Source: Bythopirellula sp. | GTDB lineage: Bacteria > Planctomycetota > Planctomycetia > Pirellulales > Lacipirellulaceae | Direction of reading: 5' to 3' | Assembly (NCBI GenBank): GCA_965216565.1 | Contig: OZ244170.1 | Location: 3,744,001-3,808,000 of the forward strand | Length of the DNA stretch: 64,000 bases | Shown here: positions 30,891 through 39,900 of the stretch, in pieces | How the letters are laid out: each line of letters starts with the position of its first letter | How positions within the stretch are numbered: the stretch's first letter is position 1 | The notes under the pieces: generated by a model | The model's database searches: none | Told to the model about the DNA's origin: nothing | Seen by the model: only the letters and a program-made list of their open reading frames with translations | Translations under genes and position numbers: made by a program

Positions 30891-32020
30891 CTTGCCTGCT
30901 CCTGCAATTCGAGTTTTCGCATCGCGGAGGTAGCAGGTATGCCACTTGTCTTTTCGAGGTCCGCCGAGAAATCTGGCTGAGCATTCGCACGCCACTGCAG
31001 TTCGGTCTGTTGCCCGTGTGTCGACAGACGTTTCCAGAGCGGTTCCGACGGCACGCGACGAATATCCTCGTGCACAGCCGACAGCAGCAACTGAAAACCC
31101 AAGATAATCATCATCGCGGGGATCACCACCGTTCCGGTAGGAGCACCAACGCCCGCCCAGGCGTACATGAGCCAGTTGACTCCGCCATAGCCCATGCCCC
31201 CGCCCGCCAGCATAATCCCGGCCAGCAGATAGACGCTCTGCAGATTGAAATCGTAAATGAAGTTCTTCAGCCACAGCCGCCGTCCCAAACAGCGGGTAAG
31301 TTTCCCGGGAAACTCCTTGAGCACTTTGCGAATCGACAGGTGCGAAGTCTCCGCCCCGTAGCGAGCCGCCATCGGCACGTCCACCACCACCGCCTCCAGC
31401 AAATTCAACTCCGCCAGCAGCGAGGTCTCGAAGAAGAACGAGTTTTGTAATTTGTCTAGCGGCACACGGTTCAGCACATCACCGCGAATGGCCACGTAGC
31501 CATTGCAGGGATCAAAGCAATTCCAGTAGCCGACGGCCGCTTTGGTGAGAAAGCTCAGCATCAGGTTACCCGTCCGCCGTAGCGGCGGCATCGCGTCGAG
31601 GGCCGCGAAGTCGCGGAAGCGGTTGCCTTTGGCAAAGTCGCCGCGGCCGGCAAGCAACGGCTGCACGAGCGCTGGTAAATCGTCTACCGACATCTGAGCG
31701 TCGGCATCCATCTTCACCACGATATCGGCACCCAATTTCAGCGCCCGGCGAAATCCGGTCACCATCGCTGCACCCACGCCGCGATTGGTATCGTGCGCGA
31801 TAAGTTCGATGCGCGGATCGACTAACTCCATCGACTCCACCAACTCCGCAGTCTCGTCGGAACTGCCATCGTCGACGACTACCACGGTCTGTACACATTC
31901 AGGAATGGTGGTCAGCACGTCGAGGATTTGCGCCGCTTCGTTATACGCGGGCACCACGACCACAATGTAAGGTGCGGTCGGTTCGTCGCGTTCGGCTGTA
32001 TGGTCGACGTCTATTTGCAT
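30887..32020 (-). CDS. GT2 glycosyltransferase (polyprenol-phosphate sugar synthase/DPM1-like) with two C-terminal TMs
   Basis: VVVPAYNE, VDDGSSD, NRGVG, MDADAQ; start trimmed to MQIDV. Confidence 0.88.
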   Translation of the reverse strand: MQIDVDHTAERDEPTAPYIVVVVPAYNEAAQILDVLTTIPECVQTVVVVDDGSSDETAELVESMELVDPRIELIAHDTNRGVGAAMVTGFRRALKLGADIVVKMDADAQMSVDDLPALVQPLLAGRGDFAKGNRFRDFAALDAMPPLRRTGNLMLSFLTKAAVGYWNCFDPCNGYVAIRGDVLNRVPLDKLQNSFFFETSLLAELNLLEAVVVDVPMAARYGAETSHLSIRKVLKEFPGKLTRCLGRRLWLKNFIYDFNLQSVYLLAGIMLAGGGMGYGGVNWLMYAWAGVGAPTGTVVIPAMMIILGFQLLLSAVHEDIRRVPSEPLWKRLSTHGQQTELQWRANAQPDFSADLEKTSGIPATSAMRKLELQEQAR

Positions 32021-32236
32021 CTTGCTACTACGAATCGGAGAGAAAATAGCCGCGATCTGACAGATCGCCGGGGCCCAAAAATGTAGCATTTTTTCAACAC
32101 GCGGCGCTGCAAACCAACGCGCACCCAACCAATCCGTAGAACCTGCAAAACCAGAACTCCTGGCGTACTGCCGTGTCCCCGCCACGCGGCTGCCTACAGG
32201 GATCGCAACTCTGTTTCCCCGAACGCCACAGACAGC

Positions 32237-32242
32237 TAAAAT
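32237..32242 (+). promoter_or_regulatory. Putative -10 box of a leaderless TA transcript
   Basis: TAAAAT 6 nt before the ATG at 32249, no SD. Confidence 0.45.
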
Positions 32243-32248
32243 AGAATT

Positions 32249-32485
32249 ATGACAACGCTTAATGAGATCCTCACTGCGGCTCAGTCCTTGCCGGAATCGG
32301 AACGTGCAGAATTGATTGTTGCACTGTGGGACAGTACCGCTCCCGAAAATTGGCCTCCGCCCAGCAAGGAGTGGCTTGTCGAGGCTAGCAGACGTAGCGA
32401 TGCCATAGACGCAGGCGAGATGCCTGTCGCTGAATTGTCTGAAGTCCGAAAACGTGCCCGGCGGAAGGCCGGACTCGATGAATAA
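32249..32485 (+). CDS. Putative addiction-module antitoxin (TIGR02574-like)
   Basis: L.AA.SLP.SERAELI.ALWDS..W..EA.RR pattern, directly upstream of the toxin. Confidence 0.85.
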   Translation: MTTLNEILTAAQSLPESERAELIVALWDSTAPENWPPPSKEWLVEASRRSDAIDAGEMPVAELSEVRKRARRKAGLDE

Positions 32486-32768
32486 ACTCTTCATCTGTTC
32501 GGCCGCCGAAATAGACTACACAGAGTCATTGTGCTGGTATGCGGAGCGTAGTCTCCAGGCTGCGAACGATTTTGATAGTGAGCTACAACGAGCCTTTCGT
32601 GAAATCCTTGAGGGCCCTAACCGTTTTCCCAAGTGTGACGAAAGACATCACTTTTTGATGATGAGACGATTCCCGTTCCAAGTTATCTATCGGCTCAAGG
32701 GCGATACGGTTGAAATAATTGCGATCGCTCACACCTCCCGTCAATCGGCCTACTGGAAGAATCGCTAA
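32478..32768 (+). CDS. RelE/ParE family toxin
   Basis: A..D.....WY, RFPFQVIYR, IIAIAH.SR...YW; overlaps the antitoxin end. Confidence 0.88.
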   Translation: MNKLFICSAAEIDYTESLCWYAERSLQAANDFDSELQRAFREILEGPNRFPKCDERHHFLMMRRFPFQVIYRLKGDTVEIIAIAHTSRQSAYWKNR

Positions 32769-32776
32769 CCATCGCT

Positions 32777-33145
32777 ATGGACGATTACTCCCCACATGCA
32801 AATTGGCCGCTCGGGTTGCTGGGAGCAATCATCGGCGCAGCCATCGGCAGTCTAGGATTCCACCTGCTTCTTCAAGGCGGCTTTTACGGCATCGCCCTCT
32901 CCGGCACGCTGGTCGGCTACTTCTGCGGAAAGTTCAGCGGCGGCCATTCCAAACCTCTCGGCATCGTCTGCGGAGTGATCGCCCTGCTGCTGGGGCTATT
33001 GCTCGAATGGCACTACTTCCCCTTCCTCGCCGACGACAGCTTGGGCTACTTCCTTACGCACATTCACGAGCTCAGAACCATGACACAGCTAATGATCGCC
33101 CTCGGCACAATCTGCGGCTACTGGCTGGGAGCGGGAAAGAACTAA
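32777..33145 (+). CDS. Small Gly-rich membrane protein
   Basis: About 4 hydrophobic segments; follows the toxin by 8 bp. Confidence 0.7.
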   Translation: MDDYSPHANWPLGLLGAIIGAAIGSLGFHLLLQGGFYGIALSGTLVGYFCGKFSGGHSKPLGIVCGVIALLLGLLLEWHYFPFLADDSLGYFLTHIHELRTMTQLMIALGTICGYWLGAGKN

Positions 33146-33163
33146 GGGCTGTTTCAAAACCAA

Positions 33164-33242
33164 TGAGCCGACGGCGCTAGCCGCGGGTAGCGTAAGGCTA
33201 GGTGTTGTTCTGATGCTACCCGCGGCTAGCGCCGTCGGCTCA
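33164..33242. repeat. REP-like palindrome
   Basis: tgagccgacggcgctagccgcgggtagc / gctacccgcggctagcgccgtcggctca, 28-bp arms. Confidence 0.85.
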
Positions 33243-33267
33243 CACAGAACTGTTTTCGGAACCCTCC

Positions 33268-33306
33268 CTCCGCGGTCCTCTGCTCCTCTGCGATCTCTGC
33301 GTTGAA
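33268..33306. repeat. CTCTGCGnn-type 8/9-mer array
   Basis: ctccgcggtc ctctgctc ctctgcgat ctctgcgtt. Confidence 0.6.
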
Positions 33307-33335
33307 ACAACGAACCCTGCGTCCAAGAAAGAACG

Positions 33336-35444
33336 CTACAGAAACTTCTTCAGCACATCTTCAGGCGCGGGCGAATACGTGCTGGGTTCCATCGAGCAAC
33401 TTGCGCGGCCTTGGCTCAAGCTACGCATCGCGCTGGAATAGCCAAAGAGATTGGCCAGGGGAGCCTCCGCATGGAGCACGGTGCGATTGCCGCGCTGCTC
33501 GGTTTGGTGGATGATCGATCGCCGCTGCTGCAAATCGCCGACCAGGTCGCCCACATGTTCCTCAGGTGTGCTGAGTTCGAGCGTCATGATTGGTTCCAGC
33601 AGCACGATACCCGCTTCACGCAGGCCCGTATCGAAAGCTAAGTTGGCTGCTGTTCGGAAGGCAATCTCCGTGCTGTCGGTCTCGTGCATTTCGCCGCCCA
33701 CCAGCGTTACCTTAATCCGCATCAGGGGAAAACCGAGCACACCGCCCCCCTGCCCTGCGATCTCCAGTTCCTCCAGCACGACGGTCAGCATTTCATTCGG
33801 CAAGCCATGGTCGAGCGAGTTGGTGACCATCACGCCGCCCGAGGGGGAGTCGAACGGTTCGACCCGTACCCGCACCGCCGCGGTGTGTTGCACCCCATTG
33901 ATGAGCCGATTGCAATGGCCATCGACTTCCACCTTGCGCTCGACCGTTTCGCGATAGCTCACGCGCGGGTTGTGAACCTTGACGTTGAGATTGAAGTCTC
34001 GCTCCAATCGGTGTTGGATCACCTCCAGGTGCAACTCGCCCATCCCGCTGATTAGCGTTTGGCCCGTTTCTTCGTTTTCGTTGGCCGCGAAGGTGGGATC
34101 CTGCTTGCGGAGCATGTCGAGCGCTTGGGACAGCTTCTTCTTGTCGCCGGTACTCTCCGGCTCGATGGCCATGGAGATCACCGTCTCGGGGAATTCGATC
34201 GACTCGAGGAGCACCGGCGCACGGGTATCGCACAGCGTGTCGCCGGTGACCGAATCCCGCAAGCCAATCACACCCACGATGTCGCCCGCGTGGGCCACTT
34301 CGAGCTGCTCTTCCTTCTTGCTGGCGTGGATTTTCCAAAGCTGGGCGACGTTCTCCTTCTTATCCTTGCCGGCGTTCAGCACCCGACTGTTGCCCTTGAG
34401 CGTGCCGGAGTAGATGCGGACCCACGACAGATCGCCCGTCTTGTAGGGCAAAATCTTGAATACCAAGCCGCAGAACGGCTCTTTCGGATCAGGCTTGCGG
34501 ACAACCTTCTTGGGCTCTTCGTCGGATGACTTCTTGCCCTTCTGTTTTCCTCCGGTGGGATCGACGCCTTCCACGGGAGGCACCTCCAGTGGATTGGGCA
34601 GATAATGCGCCACGGCATCGAGCAACGGTTCGACGCCCATCCCATGCAGGGCCGAACCGCACAGCACGGGCTGAATCTGCAAATGCACCGTCGCGTTGCG
34701 AACCACCTTGTGAATCAGCTCCGGCGGAACAGTTTCGCCCTCCAGAGCCAGTTCCATTAGTTCGTCGCTAAAATTGGCGAGCGTCCCCAGCAATTCTTCC
34801 CGCCAAAGGTCCGCCTTGGGCGCGAGTTCCTCGGGGATGTCTGCTACGACGATTTCCCGACCCTCTTTGCCACCGGGGAACGAGAACATCTTCATCGTTA
34901 CCAGGTCGATGACGCCCCGAAACGGATCGTCGACATGCGCCGGTCCCAAACCAACCGGAATCTGCAACGCCACCGGCGCCGCATCGAGTCGCTCCTTGAT
35001 CTCATTGAACACCGCCTCAAAGTCGGCCCCTTCGCGATCGAGCTTGTTAATAAACGCTACCCGCGCCACCTGATACCGATTCGCCTGCCGCCAAACGGTC
35101 TCGCTTTGGGCTTCGACCCCTTCGCGAGCACTGAACACGATCACCGCCCCATCGAGCACCCGCAGGCTGCGTTCCACCTCAGCGGTAAAATCGACGTGGC
35201 CTGGGGTATCGATCAGATTGATCTGCACATCTTTCCAGGGAAATGCCACGCAGGCCGAATAGATGGTGATGCCGCGCTCCGCCTCCTCGGCATCGTCGTC
35301 CGTGGTGGTCGTCCCCCGATCGACTTCGCCGGCGCGATGCTTGGCCCCCGAGACATACAACATCCGCTCGGTGACGGTCGTCTTCCCGGCATCGATGTGG
35401 GCAATAATGCCGATGTTGCGCAAGTTTTCGAGGGTTGTTGGCAT
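33336..35444 (-). CDS. fusA: Elongation factor G (divergent, str-cluster copy)
   Basis: AHIDAGKTT, RGITI, DTPGHVDF, NKLD, SGMGELHLE. Confidence 0.93.
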   Translation of the reverse strand: MPTTLENLRNIGIIAHIDAGKTTVTERMLYVSGAKHRAGEVDRGTTTTDDDAEEAERGITIYSACVAFPWKDVQINLIDTPGHVDFTAEVERSLRVLDGAVIVFSAREGVEAQSETVWRQANRYQVARVAFINKLDREGADFEAVFNEIKERLDAAPVALQIPVGLGPAHVDDPFRGVIDLVTMKMFSFPGGKEGREIVVADIPEELAPKADLWREELLGTLANFSDELMELALEGETVPPELIHKVVRNATVHLQIQPVLCGSALHGMGVEPLLDAVAHYLPNPLEVPPVEGVDPTGGKQKGKKSSDEEPKKVVRKPDPKEPFCGLVFKILPYKTGDLSWVRIYSGTLKGNSRVLNAGKDKKENVAQLWKIHASKKEEQLEVAHAGDIVGVIGLRDSVTGDTLCDTRAPVLLESIEFPETVISMAIEPESTGDKKKLSQALDMLRKQDPTFAANENEETGQTLISGMGELHLEVIQHRLERDFNLNVKVHNPRVSYRETVERKVEVDGHCNRLINGVQHTAAVRVRVEPFDSPSGGVMVTNSLDHGLPNEMLTVVLEELEIAGQGGGVLGFPLMRIKVTLVGGEMHETDSTEIAFRTAANLAFDTGLREAGIVLLEPIMTLELSTPEEHVGDLVGDLQQRRSIIHQTEQRGNRTVLHAEAPLANLFGYSSAMRSLSQGRASCSMEPSTYSPAPEDVLKKFL

Positions 35445-35454
35445 TGTTTTAGTT

Positions 35455-35880
35455 GCCCGCGAATCACGCGGATACTCGCGAATGTGGTGCTACTCTGTGG
35501 GGTGCGATGGAGCGTAGGGTGCGATGGAGCGTAGTGGAATCGCACCGGATTGGAGCACGTCTAGTGGTGCGATTACGCTTCGCTTCATCGCACCCTACTT
35601 ACTAGTTGCCTCCCAGATCTGTCTTTCGTATAGCCGCAGAGAACACAAAAGTCTCAGAGCATTTATCGTTTGCATCAACTAAACAGCAAGATACGCTTCT
35701 CTGTGTACTCTGTGAACTCCGTGGCTCTAGCATTCTGTCCACTGCCAGCACTGTCACACGAAAATTGGCGAACATTCGCGCTATTCGCAGACCCACCGAC
35801 GGCGCACAAAAAAAGCCAGGGACCAGAGACTAGCGTTTTCACCGAAAACCCTAGTCCCTAATCCCTAGCTCCTAGCCCCT
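35455..35880. repeat. Nested composite of four repeat types filling the rpsG-fusA spacer
   Basis: CGCGAAT 9-mer pair enclosing a GTAG REP (35514-35598) and a CACAGAG/CTCTGTG 9-mer pair (35632-35727), then a CCCTAGn heptamer pair (35816-35880). Confidence 0.8.
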
Positions 35881-35883
35881 CCG

Positions 35884-36354
35884 CTACCATCCGAAGTGGG
35901 CAAAAGCCTTATTCGCATCCGCCATGCGGTGGACGTTCTCGCGACGGGTCATCGCCGCACCTTCGCGGTTATAGGCGGCAACCAATTCGTCAGCCAGCTT
36001 CTGCGGTGTGGGGCGACCCTTCTTTTCGCGGATCGCAATCAGCAGCCAACGAATGGCCAGCGACTGTTGCCGGACGCGGTTCACCTGCATCGGCACTTGA
36101 TAAGCGGCACCACCTACGCGCTTCGAGCGAACTTCAATCGCAGGCTTCACATTCTCTACGGCCTGGGTGAAAACCTCGATCGGCTCCTCAGCGGGAACCC
36201 GTTCTTTGATGACGTCGAGCGCCCCATAGAAAACGTTCTGAGCGGTGCTCTTTTTGCCATCAACCATCAGGCAATTGATAAACTTCGCGGCCAACAGCGA
36301 TCCGTGCTTCGGATCCGGTTTAAGCTGTTTGCGACTGGCAGTGATTCGGGCCAT
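35884..36354 (-). CDS. rpsG: 30S ribosomal protein S7
   Basis: [34 protein letters not shown]. Confidence 0.98.
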   Translation of the reverse strand: MARITASRKQLKPDPKHGSLLAAKFINCLMVDGKKSTAQNVFYGALDVIKERVPAEEPIEVFTQAVENVKPAIEVRSKRVGGAAYQVPMQVNRVRQQSLAIRWLLIAIREKKGRPTPQKLADELVAAYNREGAAMTRRENVHRMADANKAFAHFGW

Positions 36355-36360
36355 TGTTTT

Positions 36361-36444
36361 AGGGCTGTCAGCGGTCAGCTGTCAGCAGTTAGCTTTGTGT
36401 TCTAATGGATAGCTGAAAGCTGATCGCTGACAGCTCACGGCTAC
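36361..36444. repeat. Inverted TCAGC/GCTGA heptamer array
   Basis: gctgtcagcggtcagctgtcagcagttagct ... agctgaaagctgatcgctgacagctcacggct. Confidence 0.85.
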
Positions 36445-36446
36445 TT

Positions 36447-36815
36447 CTAACTCTTCTTCGCACCGTATCGGCTACGTGAACGCTTGCGGCCTTCGACACC
36501 CAGGGTATCGAGTGCACCGCGTACTACCTGATAACGCACACCAGGCAAGTCGCGGACTCTTCCGCCCCGGACCAGAACAATACTATGTTCCTGCAGGGTG
36601 TGGCCTTCGCCAGGAATGTACACCGTGACTTCCTTGCCGTTGGATAGCCGCACACGCGTGATTTTACGCAACGCGGAGTTTGGCTTTTTGGGCGTCATCG
36701 TTCGCACTTGAAGACACACACCTCGCTTTTGCGGGCACTGATCCAGTACCGGCGACTTGCTGAACTTGCGCTTCTTCTTGCGATTCTTTCTGACGAGTTG
36801 ATTAATGGTCGGCAT
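36447..36815 (-). CDS. rpsL: 30S ribosomal protein S12
   Basis: [28 protein letters not shown]. Confidence 0.98.
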   Translation of the reverse strand: MPTINQLVRKNRKKKRKFSKSPVLDQCPQKRGVCLQVRTMTPKKPNSALRKITRVRLSNGKEVTVYIPGEGHTLQEHSIVLVRGGRVRDLPGVRYQVVRGALDTLGVEGRKRSRSRYGAKKS

Positions 36816-36872
36816 GAAAGCTACTTTCGCGACAACTATATAAGGGTTCCGATAAAATGTGGTGAATCAACC

Positions 36873-36900
36873 AATCTACCGCAATGGGGGGTGGTGTCAA
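36873..36900 (-). promoter_or_regulatory. Putative sigma70 promoter of rpsL-rpsG-fusA
   Basis: TTGACA-16nt-TAGATT. Confidence 0.55.
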
Positions 36901-36915
36901 CCGGCTAACGCGGGC

Positions 36916-39900
36916 CTAAAAGCCCCGCTCTTCCGTGTCTCCCGGGGAAACATCTCCGGAAGATGCATCTCCTGGCGTTTGACCGTCGGCAGGTGGCATG
37001 GGGTCGCTGGGAGCTTGTCCACCTTGCGAATAGCCATCTGACGGGGGAATCGATCCATCAGCTTGGGGCGACTCGGTCGACATCGGCCCTTCACCAGAAA
37101 CCAACGGTTCGTCGGAAGGCATGGGATGCTGATCCCCAGCTTGTGGAATCTCGGCTTGGGGCGGTTCGACGCCACCCGAGAAGGGATCGGCTCCAGGAAC
37201 GGGCGCTTCGGGAATCGATGGCGGAGCCTCGGGCGGTGCCGGTGGGGCGGCCGCTTCCTCGGATCCCAAAAGTGCATCCAATCCGCCTGCCGGTACTTCG
37301 CTCTGGGCAAAGGGATCGCTGGGACCCGTGCCACTGTCGCCATTGGTGACAGCCTGTCCACCCGACTGCAATGCCGAGTCGAGCAGTGGGAACGATCGTT
37401 CCAGCACCTTCTCCTTTTCGGCCGCCAATGCTTCCAGTGCCGCAGGATTGATCCGCACTTCGGCATCCTGGATGGAATGGAAACCCGTTCCGGCCGGAAT
37501 CAGGTGACCAAGAATCACATTTTCCTTGAGGCCAACGAGGTAGTCGGTCCGACCCGCCAAGGCCGCTTCGGTAAGCACCTTGGTCGTTTCCTGGAAACTG
37601 GCGGCGGAGATAAAGCTGGAGCTTTGCACCGACGCCTTGGTGATTCCCAACAATTGAGTACTGGCAGTAGCCATTTTGCTTTTCGCACCCTTGGCAATCT
37701 CGCCACCAAGAGCTTCGATCTGAGCATTGGCTTGTTCGAGCACGTCCTTAGGTACGATAGCGCCCTCAGCGAATTCGCTGTCACTCTTACTAGTGATTCG
37801 CAGGCACTTGCTGATCGCTTCGTTAGCCTGTCGGAAATCGAACTTGTCGATCACGCTGCCCGGCAACAAGTCGGTGTCGCCAGGACTCTCAACTCGAACC
37901 TTCCGCAACATCTGCGAAACGATAATCTCGATGTGCTTGTCATTGATTTCCACACGCTGGCTGCGATACACATTCTGAATTTCGCGAGTCAGGTATTGTT
38001 GAACCGCTTCCTCACCAGAAATTCGCAGAATGTCGTGCGGCACAAGGGGCCCATCAACCAAGGCCTCTCCAGCACGAATTTGATCGCCCGCATGCACCCG
38101 CAAGTGCTTACTGTGTGTGACCAAATGTTCGCGTTCGATGCCAGTTTCGCTGCGAACCACAATCGATCGCTTGCCGCGCTTCTTTTCGCTCTTGAGCTCG
38201 ACGATACCGTCGATCTCTGCGATCACAGCAGGATCCTTTGGTTTTCGAGCTTCAAAAATCTCTGTTACACGTGGCAAACCACCGGTGATGTCCTGCGTAC
38301 CCGAAGCCTCACGCGGCGTCTTGGCCACGAGCTTTCCAGGGGAAATGAGCTCGCCTTCGGCAACTTCCAAGTGAGCACGCTCCGGCATGTAGTAGAAGTC
38401 CAAGATCTTTCCATCACTGGGGTCCTCTACCACAATCTGCGGATGCAGATCGCCCTTGTGCTCCATCACTACAAATCGAGTCTTACCACTCGGGTCGAGT
38501 TCGCCACGAATCGTTTCGCCTTCGATCAAGTCTTCGAAGCGAATCTTACCACCGGTCTCCGCCAGAATCGGGATACTGTGTGGATCCCATTCGCAAAGAA
38601 CGTCGCCTGGCTTCACTTCGGAATTTTCCGCGGCGGTCAGCACGGCACCTGCAGGCACTTCGTACTTTTCAACCTCACGACCGCGATCGTCAACCAAAGC
38701 GATCTCGCCATTGCGAGCTAGGACCACCAATTGACCTTGGTCGTTGGTAACGAACTTCAGACGGGCGTACTTCGCGACACCACCCTTCTTGGCTTTGATG
38801 TCGGAATCTTCCACGTCACGCTGGCCTACACCACCGATATGGAACGTCCGCATCGTCAACTGAGTACCCGGTTCGCCGATACTTTGGGCGGCAATGATGC
38901 CCACGGCCATGCCCTCTTCGACCATCGAACCGGTCGACAAGTCCATGCCGTAGCAGCAGCGGCAAACACCCAACGCGGCATCGCAAGTCATCGGACTACG
39001 GACCTGAATTTTCTCCAGACCTAGTTCCTCAATCTTGCGGGCCACCTCAGAAGTAATCAATTCATTCTCAGCAACAATCACTTCGTCCGTAATCGGGTTC
39101 ACGATGTTCGCGCGACTCACTCGACCCTTGATCGAGTCGGCCAGGCTCACTTCGACCTTTTCACCACGGTAAATAATTCCCTTGGTGATACCCTGAGTCG
39201 TACCGCAATCGTCTTGCGTTACGACCACGTTCTGAGCCACGTCGGCCAGCTTACGCGTGAGGTAACCCGAGTCGGCCGTCTTCAGTGCCGTATCGGCCAG
39301 ACCCTTACGGGCACCGTGCGTACTACTGAAATACTCCAGCACGGTCAGGCCTTCGCGGAAGTTCGCCTTAATCGGCGTTTCGATAATTTTACCGGACGGC
39401 TTGGCCATCAAACCACGCATACCGCCAAGCTGACGCATCTGCTCGACACCACCACGAGCACCCGAGTGAGCCATCAAGAAGATTGGGTTCACATAGCCGT
39501 CGCTACGGTAATCGTTTTCCAAACCGACCATCATCTCGGCGGTAATCTGCTCGCGAGCATGCGTCCAGGCATCAAGCACCTGGTTGTACCGTTCCACTTC
39601 GGTGATCACACCCCGTTGGAACAGCTTGTTGAACTTCAGCACGCTCTTCTCGGCTTCGCCGATGATCTTGCCCTTGGTATCGGGTGTGATCAGGTCGTCG
39701 GTACCGAACGACAAACCGCTCAAAGTACTCTGACGGAAACCAAGTTGGTTCATATCGTCCAAAAGCTCGATGGTCGCCCGACGGCCTACAAACTCGTAGC
39801 AGTCGGAAATAACCTTCGCCAACTCGCTAGAACGGAGCGACACATTGTAATAGGGCATCCCCTTCGGCAAGATCATGTTGAAGATCACACGACCTACCGT

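Noticed and set aside
30891..32494. ORF-track N-terminal extensions of the TMTC-like (to 31274) and GT2 (to 32494) genes
   Set aside because: They overlap other genes; family-like sequence begins at 30890 and 32020.
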